In this document: piece after piece, positions 11,112 to 21,721 of the stretch
How positions within the stretch are numbered: position 1 is the first letter of the stretch
Layout of the letters: every line of letters starts with the position of its first letter
NCBI GenBank assembly: GCA_040222015.1
Contig: JAVJWO010000195.1
Location: 32,001 to 96,000 of the forward strand
Source: Coleofasciculus chthonoplastes F2-STO-03
Lineage (GTDB): Bacteria; Cyanobacteriota; Cyanobacteriia; Cyanobacteriales; Coleofasciculaceae
Length of the DNA stretch: 64,000 nt
Reading direction: 5' to 3'
The notes under the pieces: model-generated
What the model was told of the DNA's origin: nothing
The model's input: only the letters and a program-made list of their open reading frames with translations
Databases searched by the model: none
Program-made: the position numbers and the translations under genes

Positions 11112-12527
11112 CTAGAAATTAAAAAACCCCTCATCAGAGAAATCCTGCTGTTCTAGCCAATCTTGACCCAACTGAATGGTCACATCGGAGGCGAGAGAAC
11201 CCGTACTCTCGACCCGCACCTCACCAAATCCCAAATCAGCCCGGATAGCCGCAGCGCTGGTTTCGTCTCCTTTTTGGGCAATGATGCGTGTAACCTTTAA
11301 GGGTTCTGCCCAAGGTTCGCCGACATAATTATTTCGATAACCGGCTTCTCTTAGGGTACTGATTAGGGATTGAACAGCTTCTGAATTATCCGTACTATCT
11401 TGAATCGCCACCCGCAAATAAGCTGGATCAATATCGGAGAGTTCGCTATAACCTTGATCGAAATGTTGAGCCACCATTTGTCGAATCTGGCGGTGGTTGG
11501 GTAGCCAGTAACTGACTTCATTTTCACCGGTACCGTTAAACCGACCTGGAACCATTAACATTTGTACGTCAGACCGTTTACTATCAACAGCAAATCCAAT
11601 CAAAGCCACCAATTCTTCAACGCTTAAGTTGGTGTCAATGTGAGACTGAATCACCGATAAAATTTTAGGTAGTCGGGCTAAAGTTGTAGGATTAAGGGCT
11701 TGCTCGATTAATGCCCGCATCAGGATTTGTTGACGCTGTACTCGACCGACATCACCATATTTGTCATAGCGAAAGCGCAAAAATTGCATCGCCTGATCGC
11801 CATTCAGATGCTGTTTACCTTGCTTAAGGTTGATATAGAGATGTTGAGAATCATCTTGATATTTCATATCCTTGGGAACATACACAGTGACGCCACCCAA
11901 GGCATCTACGAGCTTTTCCACACCTTGGACATTCACTCGCACATAACGGTCAATCCCTACACCATCGAGGAGTTCACTGGCTGCCTTTGCCGTTAATGCT
12001 GGTCCACCATGATAATTAGCCGCATTAATTTTAGTGACACCATACCCTTCAACGTAGGTTTGGGTATCACGGGGAATGGAGAGAACATTTAATTTTTGGT
12101 TATTAGGGTCAAACCGAACCAACAGCATGGTGTCGGAATGCCCATCAAAGGAATTGACCAGTGCATGGTAGCCTAACTCGTCCTGTGTCGGTTCATCCAA
12201 GTCAGAGGTAAGAACCTTCGTCCCCAATATCAAAATATTAACAGGTCGCGTCAATTCGGGCAGTCGCATACTATTGCGGGTCATACTACCCTTTTCACTA
12301 AAGACAGCTGCCTCATCATCACTCAGTTGGCTTTGCAGTAAAGGCATACTCGATAGCGAAACAGCAAGCATTGCCCCGGCTGTCGCGGATAACATGGCGA
12401 CGCCAGTAAAGCCTAACCACAGCCAAAGCCAATGTCCTCGTTTAGCTTTAGTCGGTTTTTTTTTCGGCGGTTGACTTCTCTTTTTCTGTCCTGGGCGGGG
12501 TTGTTCGTAGGTTTTTCGAGCTGACAC
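11112..12527 (-). CDS. LytR-CpsA-Psr (LCP) family protein with LytR_C domain
   Basis: N-terminal TM helix, SDTMLL, LSIPRDT, KINAA, RFRYD..GDVGRVQRQQ. Confidence 0.95.
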   Translation of the reverse strand: MSARKTYEQPRPGQKKRSQPPKKKPTKAKRGHWLWLWLGFTGVAMLSATAGAMLAVSLSSMPLLQSQLSDDEAAVFSEKGSMTRNSMRLPELTRPVNILILGTKVLTSDLDEPTQDELGYHALVNSFDGHSDTMLLVRFDPNNQKLNVLSIPRDTQTYVEGYGVTKINAANYHGGPALTAKAASELLDGVGIDRYVRVNVQGVEKLVDALGGVTVYVPKDMKYQDDSQHLYINLKQGKQHLNGDQAMQFLRFRYDKYGDVGRVQRQQILMRALIEQALNPTTLARLPKILSVIQSHIDTNLSVEELVALIGFAVDSKRSDVQMLMVPGRFNGTGENEVSYWLPNHRQIRQMVAQHFDQGYSELSDIDPAYLRVAIQDSTDNSEAVQSLISTLREAGYRNNYVGEPWAEPLKVTRIIAQKGDETSAAAIRADLGFGEVRVESTGSLASDVTIQLGQDWLEQQDFSDEGFFNF

Positions 12528-12769
12528 TTGGTTTCCTCACACACACATAAGCGATCAGGATGGGTTTAGGCAGATGATACACGCTGATGCCCTCATTGCT
12601 TACCCTAAGTTTGATTGAGAGAGTTTGACACAAACACTCCTATCAGGTTTTCTCACCGTTTGGGGCAAAACCAGGCAAATACGGCAAAAGATGAGAGCAG
12701 TTGATCAACTTCAGGCAAAAAGCCCGTCACCATTTTCCTATAACCGGACAACCCAAACGCTGAAATCGT

Positions 12770-13147
12770 TTACTCGGACAGATGCTTTCGCACTTTTCCT
12801 TCCGCCACCTGGCTAATCCCAGGCAGACGGGGTAACTTCCCTTGCCACAAGCGCACCATGAGCCAAACACTCACTAAAAAATACCCAGAGGTGAGCATGG
12901 TATTCATAAATAACAGGCGGAAGCTCCAAAACTCGGTGAGCTGTGCCCCTGACAATAATAAAATGTAGCCTACTAGCCAAGCGAAAGCCAAGGTTACAGA
13001 CAAACGACTCACCGCTTGCTGTTCTCGCGTTCCTTGGCGACGGTAGATTGTCCACAGTGCCGGAAAAAAGCCGATCACAGGCAGCAGGTAGGCAAATAGC
13101 TGTAAACGTTGCAGGTTTTGATTGTCCAATGGGTCGAGTTGATTCAT
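12770..13147 (-). CDS. Hypothetical membrane protein
   Basis: 125 aa with three hydrophobic segments and a YLLPVIG motif. Confidence 0.7.
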   Translation of the reverse strand: MNQLDPLDNQNLQRLQLFAYLLPVIGFFPALWTIYRRQGTREQQAVSRLSVTLAFAWLVGYILLLSGAQLTEFWSFRLLFMNTMLTSGYFLVSVWLMVRLWQGKLPRLPGISQVAEGKVRKHLSE

Positions 13148-13259
13148 TGTGCTTTGATTTAAGGCATAAAAACCTGATCAGGTGGGAATTTGCTCATTGC
13201 TCATCAGTGCTAAAAAAAGGAATAATATCACAACCGCATACCAGGTAGCCTAAAAACGT

Positions 13260-13463
13260 ATGGGTATTCAGTTCACTTTCATTATCAAAGTCTTAATTCT
13301 CGCCCTAGGCATTTCCCTGCTGATCAAGTACGCCAGTCCTAGTTTACCCCCTATTCCGGCAACATCCGGGAATGCCCTGATTGCCGTACTCACACCCGCT
13401 ATAATTTTAGCGATCGCTCTTTTATGGCGCTTCTGGAAATTTCATCAGCCTCCGGTTGAATAG
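13260..13463 (+). CDS. Small hypothetical membrane protein
   Basis: 67 aa, ATG start, two TM segments. Confidence 0.65.
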   Translation: MGIQFTFIIKVLILALGISLLIKYASPSLPPIPATSGNALIAVLTPAIILAIALLWRFWKFHQPPVE

Positions 13464-13482
13464 AGGGAGTCAACACTTAGTC

Positions 13483-13546
13483 AGGGCGGGTTTTGCACAA
13501 ACGTGATCATCAATAACTAAATGCAAGTCCCTAAACCCGCCCCTAC
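13483..13546. repeat. REPIN-like hairpin element (GGGCGGGTTT...AAACCCGCCCCTAC)
   Basis: Same inverted arms as copies at 10947, 21516, 31245, 45490 and 56049. Confidence 0.85.
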
Positions 13547-13640
13547 GAATTTTGGATTTTGGGTTCACCGAAACCCTGGATATACCCTAGGGTGGACAAT
13601 GCCCGCCAGTAGAGACGCGCCATGGCGCGTCTCTACACCC

Positions 13641-16600
13641 TTACCAAGGACTTCCTACTAACGTAAACGCGCTCCAAAAATAAGGATGAGTCAACGCCTT
13701 GTCCTCAATTCCAGCTAATTCTTCCGGTAAATCAATTGTCCCATTGGGAGTGATCAATTGCCCATTTTCAATTCTAACTTTACCCTGAATCATCGCTAAT
13801 TGGGTCTGTCGCAGCGCTTCGGCTTTAATCGGGACTTGCTTTAAGTTTTGATAAAAAGTGGTCATTAATCCCAATGTCCCCTCATCACTGACATACCAGA
13901 GACTTCCTAACGCTGATTTCACCCCCGCTTGTACCGCTAACCCAGTAAATCCTAACTCCGCCTCTTCATTTCCTAATGCGGTTCGACAAGCACTTAATAC
14001 CATGAGTTCTACAGGTGGATTATGCAGTCCAAGTTGGCGAATTTGATCCAGGGATAGTCTCGTATTCCAAAATTGGATATAGGAATTTTCCGGTTGACCC
14101 GGTTTAAATTCACCATGAGTTGCCAAATGCACAATACCAAAGGGTTGAGACGCCCGTGCTGCTTTCAGATTTTCGGGAGTAAACGTAGAATTCAGGAAGG
14201 ATTCACCTTGCCATAGATTATCTGCGATCGCGGATAATTCCACAGGCACAGCAGGTAACGGATTTTGCTCCGTAAATTCCGACGCCCCCATTGCCAAAAC
14301 CTGTAAATCCCTCACATCCACATAACGAGTATCCGTTAGCGACAAACTCGGCATAAACCCAATACTATAGCGTTCAACAATAAAACCATTGCCATCATGG
14401 AGCGCCGCTACTGGTAATGAGCGCAAACCCTGATCCATAATAAAAGCCAAATTATTAATCTCCCTCTTTTGTAACTCCGCCTCCAAAGGAGCAATTAACC
14501 ACTGATATAATTGTTGTGCGCTGGCAAGATACGGACGAGGAATGCGAGTATCCGTAACCGCACGACGGAAACCTTGTACCATTTCCATCACCCTTTTCCG
14601 ACTTGCCCCCGGAACAACAAATCGCATCGGTTCCCCACCAGCCGTCACCAAAATCAACTCCAATGTATCCGTATCTTCCCAAACCTCCTGAGCCAAAAAC
14701 ATCTCATCCCAACCACCAACCCCCTCTGCGAACCTCTGCGCTTCCCTCTGCGCCCCTCTGCGTTTTCTCGTCTCAACTTCCACTCTCCCACCATCATCTC
14801 CAACACCATCTCCTGGCACAAACACCGCATAAATCAGAGCTGGTTTCACCCCAGCCGCCTGTTCAATCTTTTGTAAAGTATTTTGAGCTTGTATCAGCGT
14901 AATAATTGGCGTCTCACTTAACCCCCAATACTCTTCATACTCATTCGTGAACGCGGTTTCAGTTTCCGCGATCGGACTCAAAACTGGAGAAGTATCGCAG
15001 TCGCCAGGATTATTAGGACATACTGATAAATGCAATGTATGGTTTTGAGATAGACTGAGTGTTCTAACCGTTATAGCGGTTGCTATATCAGTCCCGAAAT
15101 CCTCAGTGATATCCTCAGATTCATCTATATCGTCTGGTTCGGTATCTAAACAGTCGGGAGGGCAAGAACCTGTAATAAATTCATCCGTGATAATCTGAAT
15201 ATTTCCTGCGGTTTTATTCTCAGTAAACGATTGGAAAGGCTCAAGATTAGACTCGCCACTGGTAATCGCACCTGCTGTACCATTAATGGAGGCATCACCC
15301 ACATTAAAAGGAATCAAACCTTGACCGCCATGTTGGATGCTAATCCCACCTCCGCCGTTACCTCCGGCTGTAGAAATACTGGTATTTTTCTCATTTTGGT
15401 CGATAAATGTGTCGGTTATCTGGATGAATCCGCCAGCGGTAATGTCAACGTTTCCGCCTGTACCGTTAATTCCGGCTTGGGTATTAATTGCGGTAACTTG
15501 AATATTATTTTCAGCATTAAGGGTAATGGAACCGCCATCACCTGAACTGGAACTTGTGTCTAGGGATTGAGTCGTAATATCTTGACTGGCTGTTAGGTCA
15601 ATACTATTGGCAGCTATTGTCTCATTGGCTATGATATTGGCGGCATTATTGACCGTCAATCCAGCAAGTTTTCTTGAGGTAGCCGTACCTGTTCCTGTGG
15701 TGTATTGAGCCGCCACTTCTGAGGGGGATAAGGCAGAATCGTAAATGGCTACTTCGTCAATACTGCCCCGGAAAAAATTATCAACTGCGTTCCCCCCTCT
15801 ACGTGCTAGAAAAAGTGGAGAATTATTTTGTGTCGGGCTATTTATAGTATCGGTATTCGTATCTTCTAGAATTCCATCAACATATAAAGAGAGTGTCGAA
15901 CCCTCTTTGATAAAAGCAATGTGATGAAACTGTCCATCGTCTATGGATACTGTTGAGTTAACGGTAGGACTCAGATTTGTAGGAACACCATCATATCGCG
16001 CAGCAAGGATTTTTCCTGATTGGTAGAAATAGCGAATCACATAAGGGTATGGCTCGCCTCCACTCCATTTTTCAATGACATCCTTATCACCGGCTACCGT
16101 ATCCAATTGTTCAGGCGACACTTGAATCCAAGCGGTTATCGTAAAATCTTCATTCGTGCCAAAATCAATAAAATCTGAATCGGGAATTTCTACATACCCT
16201 GTCGTACCATCAAAAAATGGGGCTGGATTAGCATCATCCACTAACGCCCCCTCTTGATTACGATTTACCCCACCAAAGTAAGTGCCATCTATATTGTTTC
16301 CAGACGAGTCAAAAGCTGTCTCCCCCTCTTCATCCAAACGCCAATATCCTACCGGATCATCTAACAGTACCGCCACATTATAAGGTAACGCTCCACCTAC
16401 AGCACCATTAAACGTAATATTCCCGGTTCCAGCTTCTAAAGTTAACGTATCCGTACCTGGATTAAAGGCATGAAGACTACGATTAAATGTAATATCCCCG
16501 CCCACTGTAGAACCTGTGCTGAGTGTCTGACTACTGCGAAGAATTACAGGTGCTTCAAAGGTGAGATTTCCACCATTTAAGTAAACTGAGGCATCCAAGT

Positions 16601-18206
16601 TTATGAACGCCGCCTCAAATGATAAATTGTTGCTGCTACTAGAATTAATATCACTGATAATATCAATATTTTTACTCGCAGCAATTGAGACATCCCCAGA
16701 ATTTAATGCAGTTAACAGTGAATTAGCAGAAATCAGGAAACTCCCGCTACCTTCTCCCGACAGGATTTGATTATCGTTGAGTGCTGTATCATTGGTTCCA
16801 CTTGTGCCAATAATCACGCTAGTGGGATCTAATAATAACTGTCCCGCTTCACCCCCACTGCTACTTACATCGACAAAACCGTCAAAGGCTAACTGTTGCT
16901 GACTGGATATTTCGACAAAACCGCCGTTGCCAGAATTATGTCCGCCACGAGTGCTAATGTTGCCATAAAATGCAGTTTGCTCATCTGCCCAGATAATTAC
17001 AGTTCCACCATCGCCTGCGGTTACAGCATCAGCTTTAATCGTAGAATTTTCATTAACTAATGTGATATCAGCATTCGGGATTATTCCTGCACCTTGATAG
17101 TCGCCACCAATGCGAATAGTACCGCCGTTATTTGTACCGGATGCGTCAATATTGGCGCTGATTAATCCTACAGTTTTGCCAATAACATTTATCTCGCCGC
17201 CAGTTGCAGGTGAAGGCGCATGTAGGGGCGCATAGACGTGCGCCCCCACTGGTGTTCCAGCATTTCCGATCTGGGAAACGTCAATTGTGCCAGAGATAAT
17301 AGTAACGTCTGTTTCATTGGGGAGAATTAATTCCGAATCCGTTAATTTCACCGTTTCGGCTGAATCTACCTCAACGCCTGTCTCCAGGTTTTCCTCTGTC
17401 CCCGTCAACAATTCAGCTAAATCTAATGGTGTAAAGGGAATAACTTGTCCCGAACTATTCACCAATGGTTCAACTTCCAAAGACAGCAATTGTCCCGGCT
17501 GAGAAATCTTGACCCGATGAGAACCCGGAACTGCTGCAATCGTAATTCTTCCTCCCGGTGCTGTCAGTTCTCCCGTATTAATCACTGTACCACCGAGTAA
17601 AGTTAAATTCTGACCCTGGGAGATAGCTAAATTTCCGGCATTAACAATACTTCCGGGCTGAGATACATCAAAAATAAACTGTTGCGGATTTCCGACTAAT
17701 TGCTGATACTCATTTGTGCCAAATGCATTGAACCAAAGATTCTCGCCAAACCCAATCCCTGTCGCTGTTGTCATCATAAAATCAGCCGGGACATTTAACT
17801 GGGCATTTTGCCCAAACACTATCCCCGCTGGATTCATTAAATATAAATTGGCATTTCCCCCCGTCACCTGAATCAAGCCATTAATCAGCGATGGATTTCC
17901 CCCCATCACTCGTCCGAAAATATTATTGAGGTGAGGATTTGCCAAAAAGTTAGCGGTTTCACCTGCATCTAAACCAAACTCCTGGAAACTGTGGAATAGA
18001 TTGGTTTCGTCGCTTGACAAACTACCGCCATTAATGTTATGTATATTTCCCTGTTGGTCAATAATCGTACCCGTTCCATCGGATGCTGGGATAATTGATT
18101 GCGCCAGTGTTTCTACACCAATAAGACTCACCACTATTGGCAGAAGAATTGCTGGAGTAACAGACAGCCATCTCAAGTACCATTGAGCAGATTTCATGAA
18201 ATACAC
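13641..18206 (-). CDS. Filamentous-haemagglutinin N-terminal (TPS) domain, LamG and CHAT (caspase-like) domain protein
   Basis: NLFHSFQEF and NPAGIVFG (TPS); GYWRLDE...GSIDEVAIYDSALS (LamG); VHLATHG and LSACRTA (CHAT His/Cys), HPYFWSAF. Confidence 0.92.
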   Translation of the reverse strand: MYFMKSAQWYLRWLSVTPAILLPIVVSLIGVETLAQSIIPASDGTGTIIDQQGNIHNINGGSLSSDETNLFHSFQEFGLDAGETANFLANPHLNNIFGRVMGGNPSLINGLIQVTGGNANLYLMNPAGIVFGQNAQLNVPADFMMTTATGIGFGENLWFNAFGTNEYQQLVGNPQQFIFDVSQPGSIVNAGNLAISQGQNLTLLGGTVINTGELTAPGGRITIAAVPGSHRVKISQPGQLLSLEVEPLVNSSGQVIPFTPLDLAELLTGTEENLETGVEVDSAETVKLTDSELILPNETDVTIISGTIDVSQIGNAGTPVGAHVYAPLHAPSPATGGEINVIGKTVGLISANIDASGTNNGGTIRIGGDYQGAGIIPNADITLVNENSTIKADAVTAGDGGTVIIWADEQTAFYGNISTRGGHNSGNGGFVEISSQQQLAFDGFVDVSSSGGEAGQLLLDPTSVIIGTSGTNDTALNDNQILSGEGSGSFLISANSLLTALNSGDVSIAASKNIDIISDINSSSSNNLSFEAAFINLDASVYLNGGNLTFEAPVILRSSQTLSTGSTVGGDITFNRSLHAFNPGTDTLTLEAGTGNITFNGAVGGALPYNVAVLLDDPVGYWRLDEEGETAFDSSGNNIDGTYFGGVNRNQEGALVDDANPAPFFDGTTGYVEIPDSDFIDFGTNEDFTITAWIQVSPEQLDTVAGDKDVIEKWSGGEPYPYVIRYFYQSGKILAARYDGVPTNLSPTVNSTVSIDDGQFHHIAFIKEGSTLSLYVDGILEDTNTDTINSPTQNNSPLFLARRGGNAVDNFFRGSIDEVAIYDSALSPSEVAAQYTTGTGTATSRKLAGLTVNNAANIIANETIAANSIDLTASQDITTQSLDTSSSSGDGGSITLNAENNIQVTAINTQAGINGTGGNVDITAGGFIQITDTFIDQNEKNTSISTAGGNGGGGISIQHGGQGLIPFNVGDASINGTAGAITSGESNLEPFQSFTENKTAGNIQIITDEFITGSCPPDCLDTEPDDIDESEDITEDFGTDIATAITVRTLSLSQNHTLHLSVCPNNPGDCDTSPVLSPIAETETAFTNEYEEYWGLSETPIITLIQAQNTLQKIEQAAGVKPALIYAVFVPGDGVGDDGGRVEVETRKRRGAQREAQRFAEGVGGWDEMFLAQEVWEDTDTLELILVTAGGEPMRFVVPGASRKRVMEMVQGFRRAVTDTRIPRPYLASAQQLYQWLIAPLEAELQKREINNLAFIMDQGLRSLPVAALHDGNGFIVERYSIGFMPSLSLTDTRYVDVRDLQVLAMGASEFTEQNPLPAVPVELSAIADNLWQGESFLNSTFTPENLKAARASQPFGIVHLATHGEFKPGQPENSYIQFWNTRLSLDQIRQLGLHNPPVELMVLSACRTALGNEEAELGFTGLAVQAGVKSALGSLWYVSDEGTLGLMTTFYQNLKQVPIKAEALRQTQLAMIQGKVRIENGQLITPNGTIDLPEELAGIEDKALTHPYFWSAFTLVGSPW

Positions 18207-18362
18207 CGAGACCTATTCGGTTGAATTTTACCCCCCCTGACAAGGGTTTAATCGATAAGCAAGAAAACGCTAGAAAACGATACGATACTTTAAATTTTGT
18301 GATTTTACGATACTTTGGGATGGTTGGTGGAAATTAACTCAACACCCGACAAGTTCTGTCAA

Positions 18363-18456
18363 CAGGATTTACGCACAAACGCCATTTATAGTAGGGGCAC
18401 GGCATTGCCGTGCCCCTACAGGTAGTGCCTGTGCCGTAAAGAAAGCGTAAGTCCTA
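18363..18456. mobile_element. MITE with AGGA(C/T)TTACGC terminal inverted repeats carrying a GTAG palindrome
   Basis: CAGGATTTACGC...GCGTAAGTCCTA; internal GTAGGGGCACGGCA-T-TGCCGTGCCCCTAC; near-TSD GTCAA/TTCAA. Confidence 0.65.
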
Positions 18457-18609
18457 TTCAAGCCTCTCCAACCCTTACCAATGACATAGCTGGCTTCGTT
18501 TCGGGAAGCGAGTATGACATAAGACAAATGACGAATGACGAATAACGAATGACGAATAACGATCGCAAACGAGTACAATAACTCTTACTTGTGATCATCC
18601 TGCTTAATT

Positions 18610-18819
18610 TTGACCACCTGGATCACCCTAAAAACAACTCATACCCGCTGGGAAGCCGAGCTGATGCAGCAGGTTCTGGCAGCTCACGACATCCCTAGTC
18701 GGATTATTGACCAGGGTATCCCATCCTATTTTGGCGCGGGAAGTCCGGCTGCGTTGCAAGTTCGCTCTTATGATCAATGGACAGCTTTGCTATTACTCAG
18801 TTCTCCAGACGAGGAATAA
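18610..18819 (+). CDS. DUF2007-like putative signal-transducing protein
   Basis: WEAELMQQVLAAHDIP...LQV pattern; TTG start; directly upstream of accD. Confidence 0.75.
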   Translation: MTTWITLKTTHTRWEAELMQQVLAAHDIPSRIIDQGIPSYFGAGSPAALQVRSYDQWTALLLLSSPDEE

Positions 18820-18860
18820 GCAGAAATATCGGATAATTATTAAGGAATTAAAAACGTTTC

Positions 18861-19799
18861 ATGTCTTTATTTGACTGGTTTGCCAATCGACGAAAATCAG
18901 AACCGATGCCCCAACAACGACGGGAACGGGAGATTGCTGATGGATTGTGGACAAAATGTGAGGCGTGCGCGGTTCTCACCTATACTAAAGACCTAAGAGC
19001 CAATCAAATGGTCTGCTCAGAATGTGGTCATCATATCCGGGTATATAGCGATGAACGGATTCGCCAGCTTATCGATGAGAATACCTGGATACCCCTTGAT
19101 GAGCAAATTCGCCCCACTGATCCGCTAAAATTCCGCGATCGCAAATCCTATACAGATCGGCTACAAGATTACCAAGACAAGACTAAACTCACCGACGCCG
19201 TGCAAACGGGGATCGGACAGCTTCATGGATTACCCATCGCCCTAGGCGTCATGGATTTCCGCTTCATGGGCGGTAGTATGGGTTCAGTCGTAGGTGAAAA
19301 ACTGACCCGCCTGATCGAACAAGCTACCCGCCAACGCTTACCTGTGGTGATTATATGCGCCTCTGGGGGGGCGAGAATGCAAGAAGGGATGTTAAGCCTA
19401 ATGCAGATGGCAAAAATCTCTGGGGCGCTGGAACAGCATCGTCAAGCTAACCTACTCTATATCCCGGTGTTAACCCATCCCACCACGGGAGGCGTTACGG
19501 CTAGTTTTGCTATGTTAGGGGACATTATCCTAGCTGAACCCAAAGCTACCATCGGTTTTGCGGGACGCCGAGTGATTGAGCAAACCTTGCGCGAAAAACT
19601 CCCCGACGACTTTCAAACCTCTGAATATCTACTCCAGTACGGCTTTGTCGATGCGATTGTTCCTCGCACCCAGTTGCAAAAGACGTTAGCGCAGCTTATC
19701 CGCCTCCATCAACCCTTCCCTACCTCACCTACTGTGGTTTCCCATTCTGAACCGATGACGTTGATGGCGAAAGGCGCTGATCACAAAACTGAGTTTTAA
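18861..19799 (+). CDS. accD: Acetyl-CoA carboxylase carboxyltransferase beta subunit
   Basis: C4 Zn finger [40 protein letters not shown]. Confidence 0.98.
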   Translation: MSLFDWFANRRKSEPMPQQRREREIADGLWTKCEACAVLTYTKDLRANQMVCSECGHHIRVYSDERIRQLIDENTWIPLDEQIRPTDPLKFRDRKSYTDRLQDYQDKTKLTDAVQTGIGQLHGLPIALGVMDFRFMGGSMGSVVGEKLTRLIEQATRQRLPVVIICASGGARMQEGMLSLMQMAKISGALEQHRQANLLYIPVLTHPTTGGVTASFAMLGDIILAEPKATIGFAGRRVIEQTLREKLPDDFQTSEYLLQYGFVDAIVPRTQLQKTLAQLIRLHQPFPTSPTVVSHSEPMTLMAKGADHKTEF

Positions 19800-20238
19800 G
19801 GGGGGGAGCGTTTTGTGAGTTTTTACCTATAAATCTTTGACGTAAAAAACTTCTTGAGAGAAAGGCGTCCCCAAGATGGCATCATATTCATAGTCAAGTG
19901 ACTCAATCTCAATTTCGTCAGTTAATTATTATGGGGTTTGCAGACCGATCAAAGGTGGACATTACTGCCGAATACACGGTTCCCACAAAAAAGATACCCG
20001 ATCCAGGTAAACCGTTGGGAATCATTGAAAGACTGAAAATGGGCGGCTTGTGCATTCCCTGTTTTCTGTGAAGAGTTCACTGAAAATCCGTAGTGTGACA
20101 TCTTTAAACGTGCAGACTGTCGGTTTGATCCCCAGAAGTGGTTGACGTCGATGCCCTTCAGGTAGAGGATAAGCTACAGGTTGAGCAATTTTCATGCATT
20201 TAAAACGAATGAGCCAAATTTTCCAAGGAGAACCCCCA

Positions 20239-20727
20239 ATGAAACGATTGATATTGCTGGCTGTGGCAATGGTATTGTTTGTGTTTCAAGTAGCGGTGAG
20301 TAGCGCCAGCGCTCTTGAACTCAGTGAGGACGTTCGCACCGTTCCCGTCAATGAACAGGGTGATACTACGGTTGTCAGCCTAGGCGAGTTCAAGACAGGT
20401 CAACGCCTGTTTAACGATACCTGTAGTCAATGTCATCTCGGCGGCAGAACCAAGACAAACCCCAACGTCACTTTAAAGATGGAGGATCTCAAAGGAGCAT
20501 TTCCTCCGCGAGATAACATTGCCGCTCTCGTAGACTACATAAAAAACCCCACAACCTATGACGGATTTACAGAGATTTATGAGTTGCATCCTAGCACTCG
20601 CAGCGCAGATATCTTCCCGGAGATGAGAAATCTCACAGAAGACGATCTGGAGGCGCTCGCGGGTTATATTCTGATCCAACCAAAGGTTCAAGGTATCATG
20701 TGGGGAGGCGGTAAGGCTGTCAGCTAA
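20239..20727 (+). CDS. psbV: Photosystem II cytochrome c550
   Basis: Signal peptide MKRLILLAV, CSQCH heme site, KTNPNV, PTTYDG, WGGGK; AAGGAG RBS before 20239. Confidence 0.95.
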   Translation: MKRLILLAVAMVLFVFQVAVSSASALELSEDVRTVPVNEQGDTTVVSLGEFKTGQRLFNDTCSQCHLGGRTKTNPNVTLKMEDLKGAFPPRDNIAALVDYIKNPTTYDGFTEIYELHPSTRSADIFPEMRNLTEDDLEALAGYILIQPKVQGIMWGGGKAVS

Positions 20728-20865
20728 GTCCGGATTTTTTTGAATGATGCATCGAAGGGTTGGAAGTAGACGATTAAACGGTTGGAGGTAAAATCCTTTA
20801 ACGTTTAATTGGCTAGTATTCAACCCTTCAGTAACCCCAAACAAAAGATAAAAAACTAGAAACTA

Positions 20866-21402
20866 ATGCTGACTAATTGGATTAAAATATTTCCCCTGGG
20901 TCATTTACTCCGCTATAAATTTTTTTCAGCTCGCGGTCTTTTCGCTACGTTGATGGCTATCTCTATCGTCTTTATAGTCAGCTCTCCGGCTTATGCGATA
21001 GATGACTACGTTAAACGCTTCTTAAAGGTGACTGAACCCATTGCGTTAGATTTAGATGGACAGGGACAAACCCAGCAATTTACCCCAGAGGATTTGGCTG
21101 AGGGGAAAGAACTGTTTAAAGCCCATTGCATCAATTGTCATGTTGGCGGAACAACCCTACAAGATCCCAGAGTTTCCCTGGAAATAGAAACATTGGCGGG
21201 AGCAACCCCACCTCGCGATAATGTCGATGGGATTATCTCTTTTCTCAGAGAACCTATGACTTATGATGGCAGCGCCCCAAGTTTTTGGTGTCGCCAAGTC
21301 CCAGACACTTGGATGCCACGGGAGCAAATTGAAAAGTTAGCTGCATTTGTCCTGAGAGCGGCTCAAAAGGCTCCAGGTTGGGGTGGGAAGGCTTCATCTT
21401 AA
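20866..21402 (+). CDS. psbV2: Cytochrome c550-like protein PsbV2
   Basis: CINCHVGG, GATPPRDN, MTYDGS..WCRQV; directly downstream of psbV. Confidence 0.9.
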   Translation: MLTNWIKIFPLGHLLRYKFFSARGLFATLMAISIVFIVSSPAYAIDDYVKRFLKVTEPIALDLDGQGQTQQFTPEDLAEGKELFKAHCINCHVGGTTLQDPRVSLEIETLAGATPPRDNVDGIISFLREPMTYDGSAPSFWCRQVPDTWMPREQIEKLAAFVLRAAQKAPGWGGKASS

Positions 21403-21407
21403 ATTTG

Positions 21408-21669
21408 TGGAGCAGGGGGAGCATGGGAAGCGGGGGAAGCGGGGGGAGCGGGGGGAGCAGGGGGAGCAGGGGGAGCAGGGGGAGATAAGGGAGATGGGAA
21501 GCTGGGGAAGATTGTGTAGGGGCGGGTTTCACTACTATCTTTTCGGTTACACCTAGATGTAACTAAACCCGCCCCGACTTTACAAATGACGAATGACGAA
21601 TGACCAATGACCAATGACGAATGACCAATGACAATCCTCGCCGTTAACTTTAATTGTCCCTACCTACTA
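21408..21669 (+). repeat. Composite repeat: 9-mer array, hairpin element (21516-21578), STRR heptamers, MITE-like end
   Basis: Same order as 10789-11110; ends in TTAATTGTCCCTACCTACTA. Confidence 0.85.
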
Positions 21670-21721
21670 TTAGGTCATAATAAGGAGTAAATTTTGAGAG
21701 TAGCGCTCAAACTTTGAGCAA

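Noticed and set aside
19800..20238. Long intergenic region before psbV as an ncRNA
   Set aside because: No recognisable RNA motif or strong stem; probably promoter and leader
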